NCBI GenBank assembly: GCA_964460305.1
Contig: CAYWRA010000002.1
Location: 3,089-67,088, forward strand
Origin: an uncultured bacterium
GTDB taxonomy: Bacteria; Auribacterota; Tritonobacteria; UBA1439
Reading direction: 5' to 3'
DNA: 64,000 bases
Made by a program: the position numbers and the translations under genes. Of this stretch, positions 18,386-27,957 are shown piece by piece. Each line of letters starts with the position of its first letter. Positions within the stretch are counted from its first letter, which is position 1. Below the pieces are notes generated by a model. It did no database searches. It saw nothing but the letters and a program-made list of their open reading frames with translations, and was not told where the DNA came from.

Positions 18386-19072
18386 ATGCACATACCGGAC
18401 GGTTATCTCGGCCCAGCGACATGCGGGATCTTTTACGTGGTAATGGCGCCGATATGGTTGGCGGCGTCGCGCATGGTTAAAAAGACACTCAAGGCAAAGC
18501 AGGCGCCTCTCCTCGGCATAGGCGCCGCATTCAGCTTTGTCATCATGATGTTCAACATCCCCATCCCCGGGGGAACGACGGGACACGCCGTTGGAGCGGT
18601 TTTAGTGGCGATATTGATCGGGCCGTGGGCGGCGTGCATTGCGGTCACCGTCGCTTTGGTCGTACAGGCCCTGCTCTTCGGAGACGGCGGCATCACGGCC
18701 ATCGGGGCGAATTGCTTCAATATGGCATTCATCGAAGTCTTCGCAGGCTATTACCTTTATAGACTTATCAGCGCAGGGTCCCCCGTTGCGTCGGGCAGGC
18801 GCGTAATCGCCGCAGGGGTCGCCGGCTACGCGGCTTTGAATATCGCCGCGCTATTCGCCGCGATAATGTTCGGCACCCAGCCGTTGTTATACAAAACGGC
18901 AAGCGGCCAATCGCTGTATTGCCCTTACGGCCTGGGGGTGGCGATCCCGGCGATGCTGGGCGAACATCTATTGGTATTCGGGTGGATTGAGGCAATCATC
19001 ACGGCGCTGGTCGTGAAATATCTACAGAAACAGGATCCATCCCTACTGGCAATCGGAGAGGAGGGTGCTTAA
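18386..19072 (+). CDS. cbiM: ECF transporter substrate-capture component CbiM/NikM
   Basis: The product has the diagnostic N-terminus MHIPDGYL. A strong AAGGAAGGAG ribosome-binding site is present. Confidence 0.8.
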   Translation: MHIPDGYLGPATCGIFYVVMAPIWLAASRMVKKTLKAKQAPLLGIGAAFSFVIMMFNIPIPGGTTGHAVGAVLVAILIGPWAACIAVTVALVVQALLFGDGGITAIGANCFNMAFIEVFAGYYLYRLISAGSPVASGRRVIAAGVAGYAALNIAALFAAIMFGTQPLLYKTASGQSLYCPYGLGVAIPAMLGEHLLVFGWIEAIITALVVKYLQKQDPSLLAIGEEGA

Positions 19073-19408
19073 GTGAAAACCGCTACGAAACTATGGCTGG
19101 GAATTTTAATTTTGGCGCTGATTTCTCCGCTGGGACTCTTGTTGCCGGAGTGTTTCAAGGCCGGAGACGCATGGGGCGAGTGGGGCGCTGACAGTTTCAA
19201 GGCAATGGTGGGATACGTCCCGCAAGGGCTTGAAAAACTCTCGACCCTCTGGAGCGCTCCGATCCCCGATTATGCCTTCAAGGGATGGGAGGAAAAGGGA
19301 TTGTCGCACTTGAGCATGGCGTACGTATTCTCCGCAATTCTCGGAATTACAGTGACCGCGTTGGTGGTAACCCTTATCGGAAAACTGTTGGCCGGAAGGA
19401 GTGATTGA
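19073..19408 (+). CDS. PDGLE-domain small membrane protein (CbiN-like accessory component)
   Basis: The product has VPQGLEKL, matching the PDGLE motif. It has two TM helices and is immediately adjacent to cbiM. Confidence 0.55.
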   Translation: MKTATKLWLGILILALISPLGLLLPECFKAGDAWGEWGADSFKAMVGYVPQGLEKLSTLWSAPIPDYAFKGWEEKGLSHLSMAYVFSAILGITVTALVVTLIGKLLAGRSD

Positions 19409-20255
19409 TTTGGGAAAAAAGAACGGCCGGTTTATAGCGCGCTCTACCCTGGGCGCTCTATCGTTTCTCAAGGAATCGATCTTCGCGGATGAATATGCCT
19501 CGCGGAGAGGCTTTCTGCAAGCCAGGGATCCGCGCATCAAGGCAATGGCGATCCTTGCGTTGCTCCTGTCCGTCCTTGTCGCTAAGAGCATTTTGTTCAT
19601 CGGGGGCATCTATTTGCTTTGCCTGTTTTTTGCGGCTGTTTCCTCGATCGATCCATGGTATTTTCTAAAGCGCACATGGCTCTTTATCCCCATATTCGCG
19701 CTCTTTATCGCCCTGCCCGCCCTCTTGAACGTATTCAATCCAGGAGAGCCCCTGTTGAGCTTCGGAATCGCCGGTTTCAACCTGAGCATAACCAGGCAAG
19801 GGGCGGCCGGCGCAGCCATTTTCTTCATGCGTGTCTTGACGTCGGTCTCTCTATGCGTGCTCCTGACTCTCACCACGAGACGTGACACATTACTGAAGGT
19901 CCTGCGCCTGTTCGGCATACCACAGGTTTTCGTAATGACCATGGGCATGTGCTATCGATACATCTTCCTTTTTATCGAAATAGTTCAAAATACGCATACC
20001 GCAATCAAAAGCCGGGCCGGCCATCTCATGTCTTCCGCAAAGGCGCGGAGGATGGTGGCATGGAACATCACAAGCTTGTGGCAACGTTCTTATGCCTTGC
20101 ACAATCAGGTGTATGGAGCGATGCTTTCCCGTGGATATGCCGGCGAACCGAAGGTCATGGAAGCATTCTCCATCACGGCCAAGGATATAGCGTGCCTGGG
20201 ATTTGCGGTTTTCTTACTCTTGGGGAGCATATGGCAAACCCATTATTTGAATTAA
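19401..20255 (+). CDS. cbiQ: ECF transporter transmembrane T component CbiQ
   Basis: This is a polytopic membrane protein positioned between cbiM/N and cbiO. A GGAAGGA ribosome-binding site is present. The start site is uncertain. Confidence 0.6.
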   Translation: MIDLGKKNGRFIARSTLGALSFLKESIFADEYASRRGFLQARDPRIKAMAILALLLSVLVAKSILFIGGIYLLCLFFAAVSSIDPWYFLKRTWLFIPIFALFIALPALLNVFNPGEPLLSFGIAGFNLSITRQGAAGAAIFFMRVLTSVSLCVLLTLTTRRDTLLKVLRLFGIPQVFVMTMGMCYRYIFLFIEIVQNTHTAIKSRAGHLMSSAKARRMVAWNITSLWQRSYALHNQVYGAMLSRGYAGEPKVMEAFSITAKDIACLGFAVFLLLGSIWQTHYLN

Positions 20256-21040
20256 GCCGGGTGCATTATTCATACCTCGGCAGAATTCCCGCGTTGTGCG
20301 GCGTGGACCTGACGATCGAAAAGGGATCCAAGGTCGCCGTGATCGGAGCAAACGGAACCGGCAAATCCACGCTTCTTGCGATGCTCGACGCCTTGATATT
20401 CCCCGATAAGGGCACGGTTAAAGCATTTGGAGAAGCGCTGACGGAAAAGGTCTTAAACGAGACCGGCCCTGCGAGGGTTTTTCGAAGCAGGGTAGGATTC
20501 GTATTTCAGAACCCGGACGTGCAGCTATTCTGTCCGACCGTTAGGGAAGACATTGTTTTCGGGCCTCTGCAACTAGGGGTATCGCCGGTGGAGGCGGAGA
20601 GTCGTCTCGACGTATTGGCGAGAGATTTCAAGATCGCCCACCTCCTGGACCGTTCTCCGCATCAGTTAAGCATCGGCGAAAAGAGAAAAGCGGCCATCGC
20701 TTCCGTCCTGGCGGCACGGCCCGAGGCGCTGCTCCTGGATGAGCCGACGGCCGGTCTCGATCCGCGGACGACAAGGGATATCATCGATATCATTCTCGCC
20801 GAGAACGCAGCCGGAAAAACGATCGTTACCGCAACGCATGACATGCACATCGTCGAAGAGATCGCCGACACGGTGCACGTTTTCAGCGCGGAGAGAAAGG
20901 TAATCCGCAGCGCCCATTCGGGAATGGTTTTATCGGATCAAGCCTTGCTGCAGGAGCATAACCTCGTGCATGTTCACAGCCACCGCCACAACGATAAGAT
21001 ACATACCCACATGCATAAGCATTCGCAGCATCATGCATGA
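20231..21040 (+). CDS. cbiO: ECF transporter ATPase CbiO/NikO with His-rich C-terminal tail
   Basis: The product has Walker A GANGTGKST, the ABC signature LSIGEKRK, and Walker B LLLDEPTAGLD. The C-terminus is HVHSHRHNDKIHTHMHKHSQHHA. Confidence 0.8.
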   Translation: MANPLFELSRVHYSYLGRIPALCGVDLTIEKGSKVAVIGANGTGKSTLLAMLDALIFPDKGTVKAFGEALTEKVLNETGPARVFRSRVGFVFQNPDVQLFCPTVREDIVFGPLQLGVSPVEAESRLDVLARDFKIAHLLDRSPHQLSIGEKRKAAIASVLAARPEALLLDEPTAGLDPRTTRDIIDIILAENAAGKTIVTATHDMHIVEEIADTVHVFSAERKVIRSAHSGMVLSDQALLQEHNLVHVHSHRHNDKIHTHMHKHSQHHA

Positions 21041-21215
21041 ATTTATCTTTTGCCTTTTATTCACCGATGATATACCCACCAGAAGATACTCACCCTAATT
21101 TTTCTAATCGCTTATAATAAGCGGTGACCGGCGACGATATAACCGTGCAATAGCGGCGCCGGTGGCAACCATCAGGCTTATCGCGAGGCGGATTGTTCGC
21201 AGAGGAGCAAGCTGG

Positions 21216-21965
21216 ATGAAGCGATTTTTCAACAATTGGCAGATGTCTTTTGCCTTGGCGCTGATCTCGCTGTCAGTGATCTTCTACCTCATTCACTATG
21301 CGATTTTCAGGGACGCGCACCATATATTCATATACCTTATTGGAGACATAGCCTTTCTGTTCCTGGACGTGTTGATAGTGATGCTGATCCTCCATCGCCT
21401 GCTTGTGTACAGAGAAAAGCAGTCGATGCTGAAAAAACTAAACATGGTGATAGGATCTTTTTTCAGCGAGGTAGGCACCACACTGCTAAAAGACTCTTCT
21501 CAATTCGATCCGGGGCTAGTCCGTATCGGCCGACAGTTGGTCATAACGAAGGATTGGTCTGACAGGGATTTCGCCCTAGCGCGCAAAAGCGTACGGGGAT
21601 ACGAAAGCGGCATTGATAGCCGTAGCGGCGATCTTGGAGAGATGAAGAAGTTATTGGCCGATAAAAAGCAGTTCCTGCTTAATTTATTGGGCAATCCCAA
21701 CCTGCTCGAACACGAATCATTCACGAATCTGCTATGGGCGGTCTTCCATCTTACGGATGAGTTGACGCACCGGGCCGATTTGAAAAGCCTGCCGGATGCG
21801 GACTATCGGCATTTATCCGGCGACATACAAAGAGCATATCAGCAACTGATTTTACAGTGGTTGGATTACATGCAGCACTTGCAGAAGGATTACCCATATC
21901 TTTTTTCTCTGGCAATCAGGACGAATCCCTTCGACGCCTCCGCCTCCGTCGAAATAAAGGCCTGA
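21216..21965 (+). CDS. Hypothetical membrane-anchored protein
   Basis: An N-terminal TM region is followed by a soluble domain. No motif was recognised. Confidence 0.35.
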   Translation: MKRFFNNWQMSFALALISLSVIFYLIHYAIFRDAHHIFIYLIGDIAFLFLDVLIVMLILHRLLVYREKQSMLKKLNMVIGSFFSEVGTTLLKDSSQFDPGLVRIGRQLVITKDWSDRDFALARKSVRGYESGIDSRSGDLGEMKKLLADKKQFLLNLLGNPNLLEHESFTNLLWAVFHLTDELTHRADLKSLPDADYRHLSGDIQRAYQQLILQWLDYMQHLQKDYPYLFSLAIRTNPFDASASVEIKA

Positions 21966-22063
21966 GGTGGGGCAAACCTTAAATCATCTGTCAATAGATG
22001 AGGTCTGACCCGAAGGGCGTTACAATCCGCGATTCTTTATTCTTCGTCCATGAATAATCCAGC

Positions 22064-22327
22064 TTAAGCCAAGCCTTCGACTTTTTGGTTAAGTCGGCGA
22101 AGCTCATCGTCAAAACGGAATTCTGCGCGCCGATCATAACCTATTTCACCTTTTCCCAAGCCATATTTTTCCAGCGTTTTCACATCCTCTTCTGGATTTA
22201 TCGGCTTTGTCCAGCATTCCCTGAGGGCTTTCACATATTTCTTTTGATACACGGCAATTTTTTCATGCAACTCATTATAAGCCCGCAATCGCGCAGCAGC
22301 CTTTTTTAATCTCTTCTGTTTACTCAC
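22064..22327 (-). CDS. Small hypothetical protein (87 aa)
   Basis: The ORF starts with GTG, and a GGAGAT ribosome-binding site lies upstream. Confidence 0.3.
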   Translation of the reverse strand: MSKQKRLKKAAARLRAYNELHEKIAVYQKKYVKALRECWTKPINPEEDVKTLEKYGLGKGEIGYDRRAEFRFDDELRRLNQKVEGLA

Positions 22328-22452
22328 TTTCTATATCTCCGTATCGTCGCTATTTCTTATAGTTGGGGGTGTCTGTCGCAATCCATCGGCGGGCACATTA
22401 TCATGTCCTCTGAGAGCGGGCGGGACCTCCGTTCATAAATAACCCAGGCCAA

Positions 22453-23094
22453 TCACACCCCACGTGTTCCCGGGGACCAGATGTATTTATGCGCCTGTAG
22501 TTGGAACCTGGCCTTCAAATTATCCCGAAGCATCCAGGTGATTATTTCCCTGGGCTCGATGCGGCCGAACGCCGCGCTCAGGAGGATTTCGCACCTTCCT
22601 TCAAGCCCTAGGCTCAAGATCCGGTCTTTTGCCCAGTCATAATCCCCGCGCGAACCGATGACGAACTTGACCTGATCCAGAGCGGTAAGATGACCGGCGT
22701 TGCCGAGCAACATCTTTTCGCTCTCGCCAGAAGAGGGGCATTTCAGGTCCATTATGCGCACAACCCTTTTATCCAAGACCGAAATGTCCAGAGAGCCGTT
22801 GGTCTCGACGAGCACGGTGTGCCCCCTCTCGCAAAGGAGCCTCGCCAGCTCCGGCGTCTCCCGCTGCAGAAGGGGCTCTCCGCCAGTGATCTCTATGAGA
22901 TGAGCGCGCATCTCCCCCACCCGCCCGAGAACGTCGCCGAGTTCCATGTCCCGGCCGTTCTCCCAGGCGTCAGGCGTGTCACAATAAGAGCAGCGCAGGT
23001 TACATCCCGCGAGCCGGATAAATACACAGGGGAGACCGACGTACGTCGATTCCCCCTGGATGCTCTTGAATATCTCTTTGATTTTGAGGCTCAT
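22453..23094 (-). CDS. queE: 7-carboxy-7-deazaguanine synthase QueE (radical SAM)
   Basis: The product has the QueE N-terminus IFKSIQGESTYVGLPCVFIRLAGCNLRCSYCDTP. Confidence 0.75.
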   Translation of the reverse strand: MSLKIKEIFKSIQGESTYVGLPCVFIRLAGCNLRCSYCDTPDAWENGRDMELGDVLGRVGEMRAHLIEITGGEPLLQRETPELARLLCERGHTVLVETNGSLDISVLDKRVVRIMDLKCPSSGESEKMLLGNAGHLTALDQVKFVIGSRGDYDWAKDRILSLGLEGRCEILLSAAFGRIEPREIITWMLRDNLKARFQLQAHKYIWSPGTRGV

Positions 23095-23283
23095 TAGCCC
23101 GATCTATTCACCAAGGGACGAAAGACCAAGTCGGCGAATGGGAGAGACGGTGAAGGGGCGATTTTGAATCTCCAGAGTCGCCCCCGAAGGGGTCCCTTCG
23201 GGACGACTCGCCCATTCCCCGATTCACCGGTTCGTATAGCGGTTAGGGAATCACCCGGCCCGCTATCCCGCGCCACGATTTCC

Positions 23284-24372
23284 CTACTCGCGGCTTCGTC
23301 GATAACCCGCCCGCTTCGCCTCTTCCTCCGTCGCGAAATAGCGGCGTGATCCCGGAGGGACCTTGTTGTAATACGCCCCGCCGGGGACGTGGTAGATCAT
23401 GCTCTTCTGGTCGCCGACGATCTTCCCACTCCGTCCGGGCTGGGCTGCGTAATCCGGATATGCATTCTGTCCGAGGGTTTTCACGGTATAGTCCTTACCG
23501 TCGCTCTCAACGAGAATCGTTCCATTGACGTCCGTCCTGTATACCTTCACCCCCTGCCTGCGGAGCTTACCCTCCGCATCGGGGGCATAGCCGGTCTCTT
23601 TGGTTCCACAGCTTATGACCGCCACCCTCGGCGCCACCGCGCGCAAGAACGTGGGTGAGGACGAGGTGCTGCTTCCGTGGTGACCAACTTTTAGTATCGT
23701 ACTCTTTATACTCAGATTCCTTCTCATGATCGCCTTTTCAACCTCGACCTCCGCGTCACCAGTGAGCATGAAGCTTACGTTTCCGTAGACCAGCCTGCTC
23801 ACAATCGAGCAATTATTGGGGTTCTTCGGGAGCGGATCCGTCGGACTGAGGATGGAAAGCGTCACGCCGTCATATCGGTACACCTGGCCGGCCCTCCCGA
23901 GCGCATATTTGATCTTCGGCCGCGACTTGACGGCCTCCAGGAACTTCTGGTACGTCACGCTGGTGTACGGCTTGCCCGAATCGAGCACCATCTTGACCGG
24001 GATGCGGGATATCACCGCAGCCAATCCCCCCACATGGTCGGAATGTGGGTGAGTCGCTATCACAAGGTCGATTTCCTTGACTCCCGCCTTTTTGATGTAG
24101 TCCACCACGTCGTCCGCGACGTCCCAGTATCCAGCATCGATGAGGATCGTGTGGCCGCCCGGCGTCTGGATGAGACACGAGTCGCCGTGCCCGACGTCGA
24201 TGAAATGCGCCCTCAGAAGATCGTTCGCCTTCGGCGTTTCCGCGGGGGTATGCACTGTCGCCGTTGCCACAGGTTGCGCGGGAGTGGCGCCGGGGGAGGG
24301 CTGTGGAGTAGCCGCAGATGAGGCGTTCAGTAGAAGCCCGATGAGCAAGAGGGGGGCGAGGAAAGACATCTT
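23284..24372 (-). CDS. Secreted MBL-fold (ComEC-like beta-lactamase domain) hydrolase with C-terminal extension
   Basis: A signal peptide, MSFLAPLLLIGLLLNASSAA, is present. The product has the MBL motifs HFIDVGHGDSCLI and ATHPHSDHVGGL. Confidence 0.6.
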   Translation of the reverse strand, partial: KMSFLAPLLLIGLLLNASSAATPQPSPGATPAQPVATATVHTPAETPKANDLLRAHFIDVGHGDSCLIQTPGGHTILIDAGYWDVADDVVDYIKKAGVKEIDLVIATHPHSDHVGGLAAVISRIPVKMVLDSGKPYTSVTYQKFLEAVKSRPKIKYALGRAGQVYRYDGVTLSILSPTDPLPKNPNNCSIVSRLVYGNVSFMLTGDAEVEVEKAIMRRNLSIKSTILKVGHHGSSTSSSPTFLRAVAPRVAVISCGTKETGYAPDAEGKLRRQGVKVYRTDVNGTILVESDGKDYTVKTLGQNAYPDYAAQPGRSGKIVGDQKSMIYHVPGGAYYNKVPPGSRRYFATEEEAKRAGYRRSRE

Positions 24373-24773
24373 TCTATAACATGCACTCATGACGGCAGTC
24401 GATCTCCGAAGGTGGGATTGTATCATAGCCTTCCACAACAGAGGAAGGCAGGATACGGGAATCCACCCGGAGAGTGGGAAAATAGTGATGTTTACCACAG
24501 ATTAACGCAGATGGATAAACGGACGACAGGGAGCACAGCGACACTGGTTCTCACGAAGAGTAAAAGAGGGAAAGAGAAGAGCATAAATTCTTGCCCTCTT
24601 TTACTCTGTGTGAAAAATTGCACGGAGGATCAGGACAATCAGGTGCTCAAGAACCTCCCCCGAAGGGGCCCCTTCGGGGTGCGCAAATCTCGTGTAATCT
24701 CGTGGTTTCAAATTGAACAGTCCCGATTTGTAGCTGAAAACCAGCGACAAGAAACTGTTGTTGCTGCTTTAAC

Positions 24774-24873
24774 CCCGCACCGACTAGTCTGGTGCGGAAT
24801 GTTGGCAGTTTTGCATAACTATTTACGCTACAGTAAGTATTTATCGGCCGATCAAAGTTGATGAATAGATCAG
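24774..24873 (-). repeat. Repeat family A, copy A3 (reverse orientation)
   Basis: This is the reverse complement of the A2 copy, including the ccgcaccgactagtctggtgcgg palindrome. Confidence 0.8.
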
Positions 24874-25177
24874 GTTAACAGCCTTTGTGGTGAGGCTCGG
24901 CGTGAGATGCTTCGTCGTCCCACACAACGGGACTCCTCGCAATGACATGTGCAACATCTTCTGCTCCCCGTGATGCCTTTTTTCTCTTTTACTCTTTGTA
25001 AAGACAGGGGGTTCTTATAATCTGCGTTCATCCTCGGCAAATAACTTCTTCTCTGTGAATTCTCTCCATGCTCTCCGTGCCTCCGTGGTGAAATATGGAA
25101 GCCACAGTTCCCGTCCGCAAGAAACCGTTTTTGCCGCCCCAGCGGCCTTTGTGTTACAATCGCCGACAGGCAATGGA

Positions 25178-26137
25178 ATGGTCATGACAACGCAAAAGAA
25201 ACGGAGGATGGTTTTCGGGCCGGTGCCATCGCGCAGGTTGGGTTTTTCCCTGGGCGTGGATCTGGTCCCTTTCAAAACCTGCCCGCTTGATTGCATCTAC
25301 TGCCAGCTCGGGCGGACGACCGACAGGACGGTCAGGCGGAAGAAATACGTTCCCTCCGGGGAGATACTGAGGCAGCTCAGGGCCGCGTTGAAACAAGGCG
25401 GGAGGATCGACTGGATCACCCTATCCGGATCGGGAGAGCCGACGTTGCATTCGGAGATAGGAAAGATCATCCGGGAAATAAAAAAAATGACCCCCATCCC
25501 CGTTGCCGTGCTCACGAGCGGCACGCTCCTGCATAACGCCTCCGTTAAGGCCGCGCTGAGCAACGCGGACCTGGTGGTCCCCGACCTCGACGCCGGCTCG
25601 GCGAGGGTATTCCGAAAGATCAACAGGCCCCATCCCTCACTTGCCTTCGCTGCGATGGTGTCAGGCATCAAGGACTTCGTCTCTCATTTTCAGGGGAGGG
25701 TATGGCTTGAAGTGGTGCTGGTGAAAGGCGTCAACGATACGCCGGCCGAGCTGAGGAGGATAGGCGCGCTCGCAAGCTCGATACGGCCCGAGCGCGTGCA
25801 GTTGAACACCGTCGTGCGCCCACCGGCGGAGAAAGAAGCGCAACCGCTCACCGCGAGTGAAATGCGGCATGCGCGGGCCTCCATGGCGAAAATCCTCGAC
25901 GGAATTCCGATCGATATCGTTTCCCAAGCCCAGGGCGCCAGGACGCGGCATCCCATCGGCGACATCGAGGAGAGAATCATTTCCTGGCTCAAGAGGCGGC
26001 CGGCAACCGTCCACGATCTCGCCGCCGGAACGGGCACGGCCAGGGGCGAGATCGCGAAGCGCATCGCGCGCTTGGTGCGGACGGGAAAGGCGAGAGAGAC
26101 TCGCTTCGGTGGAACAACCTACTACACAGCACCTTGA
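25178..26137 (+). CDS. Radical SAM protein (unassigned family) with C-terminal winged-helix-like tail
   Basis: The product has the CxxxCxxC motif CPLDCIYCQ, preceded by GPVPSRRLGFSLGVDLVPFK. The C-terminal ~70 aa, with TVHDLAAGTGTARGEIAKRIARLV, are HTH-like. Confidence 0.55.
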   Translation: MVMTTQKKRRMVFGPVPSRRLGFSLGVDLVPFKTCPLDCIYCQLGRTTDRTVRRKKYVPSGEILRQLRAALKQGGRIDWITLSGSGEPTLHSEIGKIIREIKKMTPIPVAVLTSGTLLHNASVKAALSNADLVVPDLDAGSARVFRKINRPHPSLAFAAMVSGIKDFVSHFQGRVWLEVVLVKGVNDTPAELRRIGALASSIRPERVQLNTVVRPPAEKEAQPLTASEMRHARASMAKILDGIPIDIVSQAQGARTRHPIGDIEERIISWLKRRPATVHDLAAGTGTARGEIAKRIARLVRTGKARETRFGGTTYYTAP

Positions 26138-26154
26138 ACCGCTTCGGGCAGCGG

Positions 26155-26832
26155 TTACTTCAGCACTTCCTCAAACGATGCGAAGGCCTCGATGACTCCC
26201 TTCTCGTCCTTCGCATTGCAGAGCGCGACCCGCATCTCAAGATTTCTCAGGAGACGGCTTAGGCGGGCGAGGAGCTGGAGATGCAGATCGAGTTTCGGCG
26301 TGCAAAGCAACACCACCACATGGGTAAGCTTACCGTCAAAAGACTCGAAGTCGATGCCCCTCCATGACAAACCCATCACGAGTCGGGGCTTCTTGATGAT
26401 TCCGGCGAGCGGTTCCCTCGGATGCGGGATGGCCACGCCATCCGCAAGGGCGGTGCTGCACATGCGCTCCCTCTCGATGATGTCGTTCCTGATCTTCTTC
26501 CTATAAGTGCGGTCCACTCCGCCATGCTCGATCAGGAGATCGATGAGCTCATCGATGACGGCCATTTTGCTCCTCCCGACGATCTTTTTCTTGATGCACT
26601 TCGGGTCGAGGAGCGGATGGATTGCGATGATGTGCTCGCCGTAGTCTTTCTCCAGTGTGTTCAATTGATTGAGGTTAAAATCTTTTATCCCGCGGTGTAG
26701 CCAATCCCTGATCTCCGAAGTCTTGACCAAAAGCCTTCCGTCCTTGTCCTCCTTTGCATACCCCTTTTCCACGAGAAGGCTCACCGCTTTCGGACTCATA
26801 TTGAGAAACTTCGCAGCTTCTTTAAGCGTCAT
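26155..26832 (-). CDS. HTH-domain protein fused to PTS EIIA (fructose/nitrogen type, PtsN-like) domain
   Basis: The N-terminus has MTLKEAAKFLNMSPKAVSLLVEKG, a MerR/excisionase-type HTH. The C-terminal EIIA-2 fold has the conserved His region ALADGVAIPHPR. Confidence 0.5.
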   Translation of the reverse strand: MTLKEAAKFLNMSPKAVSLLVEKGYAKEDKDGRLLVKTSEIRDWLHRGIKDFNLNQLNTLEKDYGEHIIAIHPLLDPKCIKKKIVGRSKMAVIDELIDLLIEHGGVDRTYRKKIRNDIIERERMCSTALADGVAIPHPREPLAGIIKKPRLVMGLSWRGIDFESFDGKLTHVVVLLCTPKLDLHLQLLARLSRLLRNLEMRVALCNAKDEKGVIEAFASFEEVLK

Positions 26833-26984
26833 GAATTCGCCAGGCATAAGCACTCCTTATAAATGACAAATCCCAAATTCCGGACCCCAAACGACAAACA
26901 ACAAAACGTCACTGATTACGACTGACACAGCTACCCCGGCGCTTTGTCATTTGAAATTTGGTATTTAGTATGTGTCATTTGGAA

Positions 26985-27350
26985 TCAGTGTTTTTCCTCC
27001 AACACCTCAACCCACGTCACCGTGGGAAATTCCTCCCCAGCCGCCAGGCGATGATCGATCTCCATCCGCATCCCCGGACGCAACTCTTCGATTCGCAACG
27101 GGCGCATACCCCGAAAAACCAGCGTCGCGTCATCATCGAGGTGAAACGCGCCGACGGCGCCCGACGACTTTTCGATCGTGCAGATCCGCTTTTCTCGATC
27201 GATCGAAAGAAGCGTGCCCGTGCACGTCTTCATTGCCGCCGATCGGCCTTGATCCTGGCCCGAGTAGAGAACAACTGCAGGAAAGGTCAGAAACAGCAAC
27301 GCACCCATCTCCACGGGGAGGCGCCAACGGCCGGGAATTATCCTCATGCC
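26985..27350 (-). CDS. Hypothetical signal-anchored small protein
   Basis: The ORF is downstream of the DksA-like gene, with a 7-bp overlap. Confidence 0.3.
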   Translation of the reverse strand, partial: GMRIIPGRWRLPVEMGALLFLTFPAVVLYSGQDQGRSAAMKTCTGTLLSIDREKRICTIEKSSGAVGAFHLDDDATLVFRGMRPLRIEELRPGMRMEIDHRLAAGEEFPTVTWVEVLEEKH

Positions 27351-27721
27351 TTGTTTTTTTCCTGGCGCTCCTTGCACAGCAGGCACAACTTCGCATAGGG
27401 AACCGCATCGAGGCGGGCTTCGTCTATCGGATGATCGCACTGCTCACAGTTACCATACTCGCCACTGTCTATTTTTGCAAGCGCTGCGTCGACGTCATTG
27501 AGCGCGCTTTGCTCGCGCGACGCGAGGGAGAGCGCGAATTCACGATCGTATGAATCGGATGCCAAGTCCGCAAGGTGGATTGCGTAACCGGAGAGATCCC
27601 CAGATTGGTCCTTGAGCGACTGGCTGAGCGTCCCCTTCTGCAGCGCGGTGACCTCGCCCACGATTTTTTCCCTGAGCGCCAGCAGTTGATGCCTCATCTC
27701 ACTAATCTTCTGAGCATCCAT
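27344..27721 (-). CDS. DksA/TraR-family C4 zinc-finger protein
   Basis: The product has an N-terminal coiled coil and the C4 finger CEQCDHPIDEARLDAVPYAKLCLLC. Confidence 0.65.
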   Translation of the reverse strand: MDAQKISEMRHQLLALREKIVGEVTALQKGTLSQSLKDQSGDLSGYAIHLADLASDSYDREFALSLASREQSALNDVDAALAKIDSGEYGNCEQCDHPIDEARLDAVPYAKLCLLCKERQEKNKA

Positions 27722-27957
27722 ATCAGCGTACCGCCCCCCCTACAATACGTGCACTCTTGTTTACATAATAGCACTACTTCCGGCTGAAAGCAAATTGTTT
27801 TCGGTCTTCGTTATGCACCTGATTCTTCTGATTTTATCCGATAGCCGGGGATAATCGGGTAAATCAGGCGCCGAAATGGAACCCCTTCCCGATTTTCTTC
27901 TTGCATCTATCCGATCGCAGAATATAATAGGCCTGTGAACGGCCGTGAGACCGCGTT

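Noticed and set aside
24412-24861. ORFs ending ...NYLRYSKYLSADQS (also 38919-39149 and 47452-47655)
   Set aside because: The conserved peptide tail is simply the family A repeat read in one frame. These are not protein-coding.
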